Source: Octopus vulgaris
Taxonomy: Eukaryota
Assembly (NCBI GenBank): GCA_951406725.2
Contig: OX597825.1
Location: 26,598,001 to 26,662,000, forward strand
Length of the DNA: 64,000 bases
Reading direction: 5' to 3'
The notes beneath the pieces are model-generated. The model was not told where the DNA came from and ran no database searches. It saw only the letters and a program-made list of their open reading frames with translations. Of the stretch, positions 26,580 through 39,855 are shown one piece after another. A program made the position numbers and the translations under genes. Position 1 is the first letter of the stretch. Each line of letters opens with the position of its first letter.

Positions 26580-27299
26580 TACAGACGATATAGTGTCTTT
26601 GGTTCATCAGCAGGTGACCTACAGCATACAGTCTGCGGGTTCGATGTCGAATGCTGCGAGGGAGAGCGATATTTATTGCGGCGAAGGTTTCCCAGTGCAC
26701 TCTCAATGTTAGTGGAACACCAGACATGTGGAGATGTATCTTCAAGGAGTATTCATGAGTGAGGGAACCGGATTCTAGAATTGCAGTGGGTATCACCATC
26801 ATTCACCAGTTCCAGCGTTTATTCTTCCGAAGCCGAGAATTCCGTAAAATCCCTATATTCACATCGATTTTCGTACTTATCCTTAACTTTGGTAATGAAT
26901 GTAGAGTAATGACTGAAAAAATAAGATCGGGAACAGAAGCGGCTGAAATTGGGTTCCTTTCAGGATTCCTGGATACAAGGTACTTCACAAGGTGCGTAGT
27001 TCGAAGTTTAGGAGGCCTCTTCAAGTCAAACCGCTCATAATTTCATTGAGAGGTCGAAGGTCCGGTACTACGGACGTGATTGCAATGTCACAGGAAATTA
27101 TTGCAAGACTAATTCTTTTTTGTCAATCCAGCCGATGGGATATGTTGGGGTAGGTAAGAATGAGACGTTTCGATAATACCCGTAATTTCATTTGGTCGTG
27201 CTTAGGAAATCAGACGGAAAATCTAATGACAGCTGCTTCTGATTGGCTCTCATAGAGGAAGTACCTAAGGACTGTATCCAGACGCCCCACCTAGGGACT

Positions 27300-27325
<26 letters not shown>
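26580..27325 (+). mobile_element. RTE-clade LINE 3' fragment
   Basis: SIFVLILNFGNECRVMTEKIRSGTEAAEIGFL (cf. SIFVPILTYGxExWVMTERxRSxxQAAEMGFL); ends in a (GATG)n tail. Confidence 0.8.
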
Positions 27326-27590
<265 letters not shown>

Positions 27591-28300
27591 AAACTAAGAA
27601 AGAGAAAAACAACATGTGAACGACTATTAAACTACGATCTTTATGCGATCTTCTCTCTTTATAAGATATGTGTAAAATTTTGCATGCCTCAAGTTATGCC
27701 TTGCTAACGAACCAAGTAGCGACATTCGTGGTCACAAACAACTACAAACTTCAAGTATTTCCTAATGTTTAGAAAGAAAATATACTTGTATGTTCTGCAA
27801 AAGTTTTTCCCCATTGATGTAAATTCGAAAACGTTTGAAATCTGCCACAAATGAACTTAATCTAAACGAGATTACTTCCTCTATAATAATTAAACACCAG
27901 CTCTAACCACGCTTAGATAAATAAATATAAGCACATATGCACACACACACACACACACATCCATACACACACATAGGCATATATATGGATGTCTGCGATG
28001 TTTTCGAGGAAACCTTATATAAGTTGAAACCAGATTAATAGTATCATCATTATCAAAATAATGTATGCCCATTCATATGCATTATTTCAAAAAATATTTA
28101 GTTGTTTAATATTTTTTGTTGAGTATTGCCATTGTTATCAATCTTTGCAGTCAGCCTTTCTCTACAGTTTGCTATCAATTTATCTACTCTGATTATTTCA
28201 TATTTATTTCTCGTTTTTCTGAGGTCCACTATCCTCACCATCATTATTAGTTCACCTGCTAGTAGGTATATAATATGTAGGTGGAGAAGATGAATGGATC

Positions 28301-28349
<49 letters not shown>

Positions 28350-29894
28350 GATAGATTAACCTGAATGTAAGAAATATTAGCCTCTCTCTATTTTCGCTCT
28401 TGCAGAACAATAAAATATTCGCGAACGAAAATAGACTTTGCATCTCACTGGCAACTTTATAACCAAGAACATCTAAGCACGCAGATATACAGCACACATG
28501 TCTTCTTCCGTTGCACTGATTAACATATTTCAGCTACATATATCCTACTTTAAAATTTCTTTGCATTATGATTTGAAATTCTAGATACATATCTCACCAA
28601 TCTGAAGAGGCAGGCTGGGTTTACTTAATGTTTATACACTGCCACTAATGGCTGCATGTCCTTGACTTTTTGCGAACTACATTTGTCAATATTATGACGT
28701 AATTCCCATCACCCAGAAACGACTATCGGGCCTATTATTGAATACCCTCTCCTTTTCCCTGTGTCTTTGTACTCTGTATAATTCTTCTCTAATAAATATC
28801 TAAGCGTAAGTTCAAATACTTTGACCGCTACAAAGTGTTTTCTCTACCGAGGATGTCTTGATCTCATCTGCTGTGTGTGTGTATGCCCGTGTCTGTGTAT
28901 ACACGCGCGTGTGTATATGTGAGTGTTTATGTATATTTGTGTGCCTGTGTGTGTGTTTAACTATCGACAGAAATGTAAATTTTATGACACAAAATAAAAT
29001 CCTTTCACATCAGTAGAGAGTGTGTGAGTTATTTTATGATCTCCATATAGAAAATTCTGTTTGACAATTCTAATTTGTCAAAAACTTTTGCAAATATTAC
29101 CTTTACGAACAAATAAGTTTTCAGAAAATATAAATAATGTCAATGCGAATAATAAAACAATAGCTATAGTAGTAACAATAACAATATTGATAATAATAAG
29201 TAAAACAAATGTCAGGGTTAATAATAAAATGCAAGAATATATTGGATAAACAATAATTTTTAGTGTGTGAAAATGTTAGACAAATCTCAGTAAATCAGAG
29301 GCATGAAGAAATAAAATAATCATATGACATTAAAAATATAAACATTCCAAAACTTTGATGACGCAAGAAATACTGCTTGAATTCAAAACATTGTAAATAT
29401 AAGAAACTTAATTTTCATATAAAAGAATATGAGTGTGTGAATACTTGAAATATCAAGAAAGGTGATATTTTTGTCTTTTAGTAATAATAAAATTTTAGAT
29501 TGAAATTTTCACTGGTATAAACGAATAAATTATATTGCCTCATCCATTTTGGGAATAATATTTATTGTATATGTGAATATGAGTGTTAAAAGAATGATCA
29601 ACGCTGAGTTATATAAAAACAATGGAAATGTGTTCGAAGTGTTATGCAACTGGAAAAATTGGTATTTTATACTCTTTTCTTCTGCATATATTTATTGTAT
29701 ATTTATAGTTTTTGTCTGCCGATTCACAATGTAAAATATTTTGCATATCTAATATTCAATGTTTTCCCCTTGCATATAATATAAAAACCATTTGCCGATC
29801 ATAAAAAAGTTACGTCGCACTTTTAGAATGTACATAAATACTTTCTCTCAATACAGAGCTATAAATCTCCATGTATATATTTATGAGTGTATAT

Positions 29895-29914
29895 CTGTCT
29901 ATCTACCTACCTAC

Positions 29915-29954
<40 letters not shown>

Positions 29955-29955
29955 A

Positions 29956-30041
<86 letters not shown>

Positions 30042-30125
30042 GGTATATATATATATTCATATATATATATACAAGTAAATACATACATACACATATGTGT
30101 ATGTATGTATCTATGTATGCATGCA
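29895..30125. repeat. Compound (TATC)n/(TA)n/(TG)n microsatellite
   Basis: Direct reading. Confidence 0.95.
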
Positions 30126-30918
30126 AGTATGTATATGTGATTTATGTGGCCAATACTTTCCTTTGTAGTAATGACATGTTTTCTATTCAGAGATTGGTCA
30201 TTGTGTTTTTCTTTCGAACAAGAATCACATTTCTTTTTTGAAAGACAAGAATTTGTGTTCAGAATTGAGATATAGTAATCAGGGACCGTAGCACCACAAG
30301 GTTATTACGACCAAAGAGAGCTTTGCCCAAAATATCTGTACTTATTTTATTAGTCTACTTTGTGTAACATGCGCATCTAAGTGTAGCATTGTAGTGCACA
30401 TTTGAAAATGAAGTTTATAGTTAATCTGTTGCGTATTGTCAGTTATGTTAACATTTCCTAACGTTTAGAAAATTTGCATTCAAGTATGATGTCAATTTAA
30501 GTACTTTGTCGAAGTTCTGAAAGGAAATGCATTTATACACAATGGGCAGAATACGAAATCTCAAAGTTGACAGCACATACATATTTTACATGATTGTATG
30601 GCATTCTATTCACTCAGTTCTCATCAGCAATTTTAGTAATAATGATGACTTAAAGTTGGGTAAAAGCTAAATTTTTAAGGAGTATGGTTAAAACAATGTA
30701 CATGCACTCTAGTATTGCTTCACGAATATTCCTTTCCATCGATCTTGTGTCGGTGTTGTGCCTTCATTTGTAGTAGTGGTGCTACAAAGACGAAAAAGAT
30801 TAAATACCACAATGACGTCCCTGTGATTTGAACTCTGGCTTTTAATGTACGCAAATAAATACACACTTTTCTTTGTTAAACATTCTTATATTGCCCAGGC
30901 CTTATATTTATAATTGTG

Positions 30919-31239
30919 AATGCGTGTGGCTTAGTGGTTATCGTAATCAGCTCACGGTCGCAAAATTGCGAGTTCAATTCCCGGCGACGCTGTGTGTCCT
31001 TGAGCAAGACACTTCATTTCATATTGCTTCAGTCCACTCAGCTAGCAAAAATGAGTAGAATCTGTATCTCAATGGGTCAAGCATGTCACATTCTATGTCA
31101 CTCTGAATCCCCCGGAGAATTACTTTAAAGGTACAACGTATCAGGGGAGCTCAGCCGCATGCACGTGAATTTTAGGAGCAAGCTGCTCCGTTGATTGGAT
31201 CAACTAGAACCTTCGTCGTCGTAACCGACGGAGTGCCAG
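30919..31239 (+). mobile_element. tRNA-derived CORE-like SINE
   Basis: A box 'tggcttagtggtt', B box 'gagttcaattccc', CORE-like 'tgtgtccttgagcaagacactt', 3' end 'cgtcgtaaccgacggagtgcca'. Confidence 0.85.
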
Positions 31240-31256
31240 TTATATTTATAATAATA

Positions 31257-31521
31257 AGGCAGCGAGTTGGCAGAATCGTTAGCACGCTGGGTGAAATGCC
31301 TGGCGGTATTTCGTCTGTCGTTACGTTCTGAGTTCAAATTCCGCCGAGGTCAACTTTGCCTTTCATCCTTTCGGGGTCGATAACATAAGTTCTAGTTGAT
31401 TACTGTAATCGAAATAATCAAACTCACCCCCTGCACTGGGGTTGATGCAATTGACTTAATCCCTTTGTCCGTCATTTTTTGTCCCCTCTATGTTTAGCCT
31501 CTTGTGGGCAATAAAGAAATA
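31257..31521 (+). mobile_element. tRNA-derived SINE (second family)
   Basis: 'ggcagcgagttggcagaatcgttagcacg', B box 'gagttcaaattcc', 'tttgcctttcatcctttcggggtcgataa', tail 'aataaagaaata'. Confidence 0.8.
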
Positions 31522-34366
31522 TATATTTATAATAATAATTATATTAACAACATATAATTCAAACCGGCACAGATTTTATACGGAGAAAAATTAACTTTCC
31601 ATTTTTCTAGGTCTGTTTCAGATGTAATTTAATTAAATCACGTAAATCGTTAGACACTCCCCATAGAAACATGGTTACGTAACCAGCGAAAAATTGCAGT
31701 CAGGGAACAGGGCATTGTAACCGTATGTATTTTAAACGAAACATTACTTATATAAATCACGAGGGAAGACATTATAAAATTTAATTTTACGTAATCCCTT
31801 CAATGTGTAAAGCCTACGTAATGCCTAAGATGATAAGTTTGCTAACTAAACTTGATTTACTGCTAAAACTAATAAAAACACGAAAAGATTCATGTGACGA
31901 AGAGTAATTGAGGATCTACTTAGTTTTATGAATAACTCTTTTAGAAAAGGAAGCGAAATAACAACAAAGTATATGATGTTGTATTAAAAGCTGAAGGGCA
32001 TATCTGATAATGATCCTGAATAAAAGAATAAAAGATCTAACGGTCACAATTAGAATGCTTTTAAACATAGGCCTGCTCGGTCAGGCATCACGGCTGACCT
32101 GTATCTAATGGACAACAGTAAGAATAATAATTTTCTCGAACAATTTAAAGAACAAAACTACAATGACACTTCCCACCGACTAAATTGCAGTTTCGTTTAC
32201 CTCAGATTCATTCCCATATTAAAAAATGAGAGTCAGTAGGAAACTAAGTGAGCAGGAATTATAATTAATTTCAAACAACTCAGGTTATGTTTCAATGACC
32301 GCAAGTTTGGCATCGAGGTTATAACGGTCGTTTTATTGTTCTGCGTGTTGTGTGCTGTATTTGGTTACGTTGATTATAGTCGTCTGTGTTTATGGTAGTG
32401 CTGTGTTTTGTGCTTTGCTTTATTCTTGATGCTATTTCTTATACTAAACTTGGTATCAGGTTTGCTGTTGGCAGTAGACAGTTATAGCTATTGTAGTTTT
32501 ATATTTGTTTTCTTAAATCAAGTAATTAATCTTAACTTTTTATAATCTCATAAAATGAAACTCTCTCCACTCTTTCACCCCCTCTCTTTATTTTCATGTT
32601 CTTTCTCCCGTCTTTCTCAATAAATAGCATTTTCTATACTTCTATATCTTCTACTCACATTGTATGAGGAACACTTTGATCAGTGGTCTGCTAGCGATTC
32701 TTACCATTCCTTAATCGACTTTTCTGACATGATTCTATTGAGCTAAGATTAAAGTTTTTATTTTCACTGCTTCTCCCTGTAATTGAACTCGTCGATGTTT
32801 TTTGTGTTCTTATAGTTTTGAAACTCCGAATGGATTCTTTTTGATCACTGTAGCGTGATATTAATATTTGGCAATATAATCATCTCGTATGTGTTGCTCG
32901 CTTTCTTTTCGACAAGTCTAACTCTTTTGATTGGGTTGGTGGTGGTAATGGAGCGGTGTATATATGTTAATACACCAATGTTGTGTATTTCTCTCTATGC
33001 TTCACCGAGTCTTATATTTATGGAAAACTAGTATTGCTAGGAACTTGCCAAAACTTAAGAAACTGGAACAAAGTTTAACCAAAGAATAATTGTTACTGGT
33101 GGCTGCGTTGTAATATAGAGGTACATTCTAGCCAAAGCTAATTTGTGATGCAGTTTCCATTCCACTCGAGCTGTTTTTCCGCGTCGACTAGTTTAAATTA
33201 AAGCCGCCCACTTACCTGAATTCTGGGAGGCTTATATAAAAGGCATTGACGCCGCAATGTTGAATTATGGGTGGCACTATGCTAAACCAATGTGTTGGTG
33301 ATTAGCAAGAATTGTCTACTAGTAGTTGCTCGTGAAAACGTCTGCCGGCAGTTAATTCCTGACAAGTCACAAAATTAATATATTTAAATATTCATATATT
33401 TTTCAAACTATCTATTGGCTTGTTTTTTACTATGAAAGCCCGAAGGCAATTGATGAGATTTAATGCACCTGTAATCCTGAGCTGACTAAAACCGGTTGCA
33501 AGAAAATGAAGCCCATGAGGCAAATGGTAGATTATATTTTATTTTATATCACACTAGGTGTAATATGCTCTCAGTGATAATAAATCTTTCACATGTAGTT
33601 ATTTGGCCAACACTGTTATATCGACTTGAATTGGGGCAGTGGCTGTAACTAAACAGGAATGAATTTGTAAATAGATTTTATTACCAAATTTCAGAAATGA
33701 TATTTAAATTAATAAATAGCTGTGTAAACTAAATTAATAAGAGGTTACTACAATCAAATGCCTTAAAGAAAACAAATTATATTGGGATGTATTTTTGTCT
33801 CTTAAAACTAGTTAAATTGAAAATATACAATCAAATGTCCGGAAAGATGCTCAGAAATATAAACATCCGCAATAAGAAATCCATTAAACGTGGATTATAA
33901 ATCTCTTTTGCGATGGTGTAAATATCAGGTTTGCTCAACAGTTCGAAGTGCAAACATAAATATTTTTGAAAATCTTCTAAGAAGAATATTTCTATTCCAG
34001 GTATTCAAACAGCAAATTTGACAAATGATTCTAGAAATGTAATAAACCACGAAATATATAGAGTATATGAATTATAAATACCTAGAAGGACATTCGTTAT
34101 AATCATTTTATATTTATATTTATGTTCATCTAAACTATAATTTGTGGAGCTGATTGGTAGAATCAGCTTAGAAATACAACCTGGTGTATTGTATGAACTA
34201 TTCATATACGAATACATACAAGTGTTGCTTAAACCAGTGCACCGCAAACTTTTCTCAATTGCAGTAAACTTATGTTCTTTTCATAATTCGGTGGTACATC
34301 TGAACTAAAAATATAACTAAAAGTATAGGGAAATATTATATTCAGGCTATACTTTATCCCGATATA

Positions 34367-35621
34367 TCAGGTCATCACATAAGTTTTGCCCAAATTTTGA
34401 ATAAAGAAAACAAGTGATCAAATGTTATATTTAATTGAAATCTAATCGTCAATATACTTTCCCTGATTATCTATGTCTTCCTTCCATCTTTTTAAAAGCT
34501 TTTAAATCCCATCAATGTAAAACTCTTTTGGTTTCAAAGTAAAGAACTCTGAAATCTCAGTTTCGACCTCCTCCTTGCTGGCGAGAGTTATGTCCCTTAA
34601 ATGATTCTGCAAACTACGAAACAAATGGTAGTCTGAAGGAACAAGGTCGGGAGAACATGGTGGATGAGAATTTGTTTTTCCAACCAAGCTCTTCGACCTT
34701 CTGTGATGTGATTTTCGTACATTGTCCTGGTGATCACTCCATTTTGATTCACTAAAGCAGGTCTGTTTTTCGTCAAAGCTTGTTTCAAACGCTCTAATTG
34801 CTGACAGTAGACTTGAGCATTTATAGTTGCATTAGGTGGTAACAATTCACAGGGAATTACGCCTTTGCAATTCCACCAGTTATAGAGAAGAACCTTTTTT
34901 CCATGAAGTTCCCTTCTCGGTTGTGGTTGAGCATTTTCCCTTTTACCAAGCCACTGTTTACAACGTTTAACATTTCGATAGATCCATTTTTCATCAATAG
35001 TGACAAGTCTATCCAAAAAGGGTGAAATGAGTTCCCGAGAATGGAGATAAGAGCAGATGTCAACACGGGATTTGCGGTTGCTTTCGGACAATTCATCAGG
35101 CACCCATTTTCCAAGTTTAGGATCTTTTCTAAGATGACGATGAACAGTTGTATGGCTTGAACTAAGCTTTATTGCCAATTTCACAATTGATAATGCAACA
35201 TTTTCTTCAAATAATACCCCAAGGAGATTATCATCAAACTCAACTGGAGGTTCTGTTCGATCTTCATCTTCAAGGCTGAAATCTCCACTTCTGAATTTTA
35301 CAAACCATCTTCTGCAAATTCTTTCATTAAAGCATTCTTTCTCATAAATTGAGTATATGTTTTGAGTTGCTTCGGCTGCATAAATCGAACTCATAAATCA
35401 TTATGTGCCTAAAATGCTCTTTGGATATTTCTATGTTAGAAAGAGTTTTAATCAAAGGAACTTTAATTTTATTATTCCGTAAAATAATATTTAATCGGTT
35501 TAAATGTACAGAAATGCATAAAAATATTTTAAAATTCTAATAGACATTCTATAATACTATTAAATTTCATTCAATTTTTTTAAAAAGGGTAAAATCGGAC
35601 AGAACTTATGGGATGACCTGG
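34367..35621 (-). mobile_element. Full-length mariner transposon (1255 bp), non-functional
   Basis: TA-flanked TIRs 'tcaggtcatcacataagttttgcccaaatttt' / 'aaaatcggacagaacttatgggatgacctgg'; encloses a transposase pseudogene. Confidence 0.95.
34433..35435 (-). pseudogene. Mariner DD34D transposase pseudogene
   Basis: WFVKFRSGDFSLED, GKWVPDEL (WVPHEL), TIDEKW, and CSPDLVPSDYHLF in another frame. Start codon lost; frameshift across the HDNA region. Confidence 0.92.
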
Positions 35622-36192
35622 TATATGCGTGTTCTTAAAACAATCATTTATTCTATATGCAATTGTTTCTACATAGAGCAGCGAGTCTAATTCTGGAACA
35701 AACTGAGTGGGGTCTAGTTCAATGAACAGACAATTACTCCAATTTTGCAGAAACAATTCATAAAAAATAGAAGACCAGCTGAAAATTAACGCGTAGATGC
35801 AACGTCTACCAATAAAGACATCTTATTTGATATTCTGGTTTAGTTGCAATCAAATAAAGTATCAGAAATGTGCTATGTCAATCTCGTCAATATTGGTGCA
35901 GTACGATATATATAGTTACAATTCGGCCACGAAGTACAGGAAATAAGGTCTATTATGGCTTTAAAATCATCATATATCTATCAGGCGTAGAAGAGTTTAG
36001 ATCTGATGTGATTTTAAAATAAACATATATTTATGTCTCATAAGGTTTAATATTGACAAAAGCTATCAATAAGAGTAACAAAAAAATAATAAACTGACTG
36101 ATAGAAAACAATCTCGCAATCAAATGTAGTTAAACTGAAGGGTCATCAAATTATGACACTATAAATTTGAATCGACAGTTGTGTATAGTCAG

Positions 36193-36494
36193 ACGCTCCC
36201 TTGAGGAGTTCTTCTCAAACTATATGATGTGGCGTATTGTCAGCATCTGTTACCAATGAGCCAGGGACCGGTAATATTTCAGGGTAATATTAAATTATAC
36301 CGGAAACTATATACAATGAATATAATAAAAGCTGAGAATTGTTTTATTTGTGTAAACAAATACAATATTACATAAGCATTTTACAAGCATTGTAGGAGCA
36401 TTTTACAATTTTGATTTTGAAACTCGCCGCGTACCGGCAGCTGATGTCTCGGGGACAGGCACCGGTACGTGAAACATCACTTTGAGTAGCACCG
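36193..36494. mobile_element. Probable hAT-type MITE
   Basis: Ends resemble hAT MITE termini: 'gagttcttctcaaact' ... 'cactttgagtagcaccg'; GC-rich subterminal motifs. Confidence 0.45.
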
Positions 36495-37604
36495 CCCTAG
36501 AGGATTAAGTGACTGGAATCTTTTACTGAAGCAGTGATGTAAAATACGAAATACATATCTATAGAGTAAAATCCCGAATAATGTTCTCCAGCTAATTATG
36601 TGAAGCTACGAAAAACATACATACATACAAATCACATATAGTACATATATACAACTATAAATTGTATGTTACGAGAGGTTTTCAACACGGAGTATAACGT
36701 ATGATAACTAAGGGAACTCATACCTTTTCACTTGATATTTGTATAAACGATTTCACAGTAGCGACACTGAAACCTAAAATGAACCTGAAATGATAGATTT
36801 AGTTTATAACTTACATTGATGTTAACTTATACAGTGTAGGCCTTGTGATGAATGGTTTCTGATAACTTGACTTTGAAAATTTAATTATGAGATTTCACAT
36901 CATTCCTCTAAAAAATCCAAAGTGTATAGAATAATTCAAGATGCATCTTCAGTATTAATGTTATCGATCACTGAAAGGAAAAGCAAAGAAGATATTTTAA
37001 ACAGAAAGAGAGGTAGCGCATTGTACAATATGCTTGACTCTTTGCTACGAGAGAACATTATCATTATTACGTATTTGGATTTAATAACGCCTCACCTGTT
37101 TTAATAACGTCTTACCTGTTTTAATAACGCCTCAAAATCAGTTTCGAGGTGAGATGTTTTGCCAGGGCATCGACTCCAATTCACTAGAACTCCTTTACTT
37201 TTTTGTTTCAATAAGATGAAATGAAACTCGGCGGAATTTCAACTAAGAAAGCAAAGAAGAAGTAAATGACAGACTTCTATTAGCAATAATGATAAGAAAA
37301 AAAACAAAGGCATCGGAGGGGTGTTGTATACCCTGCGCGCAGATAACGTTTTTCGTAAATTATAGTGTGGCTTACAATGTGCTGCTTCCTTATGCTTTTT
37401 GATTGAACTGAATTAAGCTTTGTACATTTTTGACAAAAAGAGGATAATTGCATAGCATTTGGGAAGTATTTTCTACGTCATTCGGTGATGTCAGGTGAAA
37501 CAAATTTATTCTAGTTTTTTGTAAGATATATATAATATGAGAACTTGCTTATCAGGAAATTTCTAAGTACGATATATATTTTTGTTAAAAGTATCACCAT
37601 TATG

Positions 37605-37858
37605 CGGAGGCGCGTGGCTTTGTGGTTAGGATGTTAGCATCATGAGCGCAAGAGTGTGGTTTCGATTCCTGGACCGGGCGACGCGTTGTGTTCTTGAGCA
37701 AAACACTTCATTTCACGTTCCTCCAGTCCAGTCAGCTTGCAAAAATGAGTAAAGCTGCGATGGACTGGCGTCCCGTCCAGCTGGGGAGCACATACGCCAT
37801 TGAAGCCGATAAACCGGGCCCATGAACCTGGCTAGGCTTTAAAAAGGCGCATTTATTT
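37605..37858 (+). mobile_element. tRNA-derived CORE-like SINE, well preserved
   Basis: 'ggaggcgcgtggctttgtggttagg', B box 'ggtttcgattcc', CORE-like 'tgtgttcttgagcaaaacactt', 'gcgatggactggcgtcccgtccag', (ATTT) tail. Confidence 0.88.
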
Positions 37859-39855
37859 TAATTATTATCATCATTATAGGTATTCATACTCCGATGATAT
37901 TAAGAAAACTCGTAAATAAACGGAACCCCCGAGTCCATTCCTGTATACAAACACAGCACGCACTCAGTCGCGTGCGCATGCGCACACACACACTCACACA
38001 GGCACACAAAGCATCGTATATCTATATATGTATTTATGGATGTTTGAAAATAATCAAATCAAATTTTCATCATTTCGAGCCACTTAGCCAATGAGTGTTT
38101 CTGCCAAATTTGGTGAATATCCGTTCAGACAAGAATGAGGGATTACAACACGCTGCTTTCGCTTATACGCGCAGGATAATTATAACATTTGAAGTAGGTT
38201 ACGGGTACAGCAGAAGGGCTACATATGTTTTATCGATTCTGTAGCATTAATGGTAAATTCACACTCAGCTGTATTCGATATATAAATTTAAGATGTGGCA
38301 AATTGTAATAAACGACACACTTTCAAAACATTTTCCTTGTTTTCTTGTTTTTCACTAGCAACCCTACACGTCACACAATAATAGAGTTTTATCGGCTGAC
38401 GTGTTTGTTTAAACTTGAGTATGTCAAGCTAGATTCGTAACACTAATTAACACGTTCAAAATCTATATTAACTTCCGCATGTTGTACTTAATTATCTCAT
38501 ATATAGAACTAATGAATTCTTCTTTGTAACACCTGCATAGGTGTATCAATGTAATTAGTAACCCACATTACTGTATTTCATTAACAGCTCAAGTGAAAAA
38601 CCGTGTCGTGTAAAAGATTGCATAGTCGACTGTTAATAAACAATATGATATTCTACTAATACAGCAAAAAGGCAGCACAGCCATTGATGAATAAGAGTCA
38701 AATTTCATTAACATGAGTTACATAGAAGGAAATTTTTACTTTCAATGGTGAATAATAATAATAAGCTAATAAATCTCTCTACAAGAGCAAAAATACGACA
38801 TCATAATGTGAGTAAAAGCAGAAGGGATATGTGTTCATATATCAGTTGCTAAGTTCAATTCTGACAGAACGCGGAAAAGTAACGTATCAACCTACTAGCA
38901 TGATAATCAGAGTGAGAACTGTTGCTAAAATAATTGGCATTACATTATATGGGTAGTGCTGGTGTAGAAGAGGCTTCATTGTAAACACATAGAATTTCGA
39001 ACGGGGACACACACACACACATGCACGCGCACACGCACACACATACACAATCACACAGCAATAAACGCACGCACATACGGATGAACACAGACACACACGC
39101 ACACGCATACACTCACACACACGTACACACGCATACATACACATACATATGCATACATTCATTATTGTATGTGAGGAATTTAAGAGCCACACCTTATAAA
39201 TACTATTAATCTATAGCTTCCCTTTATTTTGTGGAGGCAGCCTCATCGGCAATGTGGACGGATACAAATAAGGAAATTAGTTTATTTCTTCTATATTTGT
39301 GAGATCTTGTTAATTCGAATGAAAATCATTAGGCTTATATTGTTGAACCACACAAAAATTTACAAAAATCTAACACCTCAGTTAACAAGAGTGTTGATTC
39401 CATTGACTAAATCCATAGATTCCGTTCAACAAAAAGAAAGTCTATGGCTCATTGATATCTAGAACTTTAGTTGAATTATGAATAAATAAAACTCGGCTCT
39501 TTCTTTGATTGCTATATCAATGATAGGTCAGAAATGTTAACGTACACTATTTAACTTTTTTTCTGCGACTGAGTGAGATGGTTACTCATTGCCAAGCGAT
39601 ACATTATCAATGCCCCACCGTGTGAAGGCTAGAGGGAGCCAGAACTTCTTTAATCTGTTCACGATTTTCTTTTGTAGAAATCTACAAAAGCGTAAATATT
39701 GGGAATGAATTTTAAATAAAATAATTGCAGGTTTTTTTGTTTGTTGTGCAATTTGCAGGTCAAAGATTTGATCTACAGTGTACAGCATGAAGTAAATCAG
39801 ACAAATATTGTACTGATAATCATATATGATGAGCGATGATGCCTTCCTTGTTTAA

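Noticed and set aside
33200-33365. Minus-strand splice donor (cag/gtaagt) and plus-strand TATA-like tatataaaag
   Set aside because: All three frames upstream of the donor contain stops, and there is no other support for an exon or promoter.
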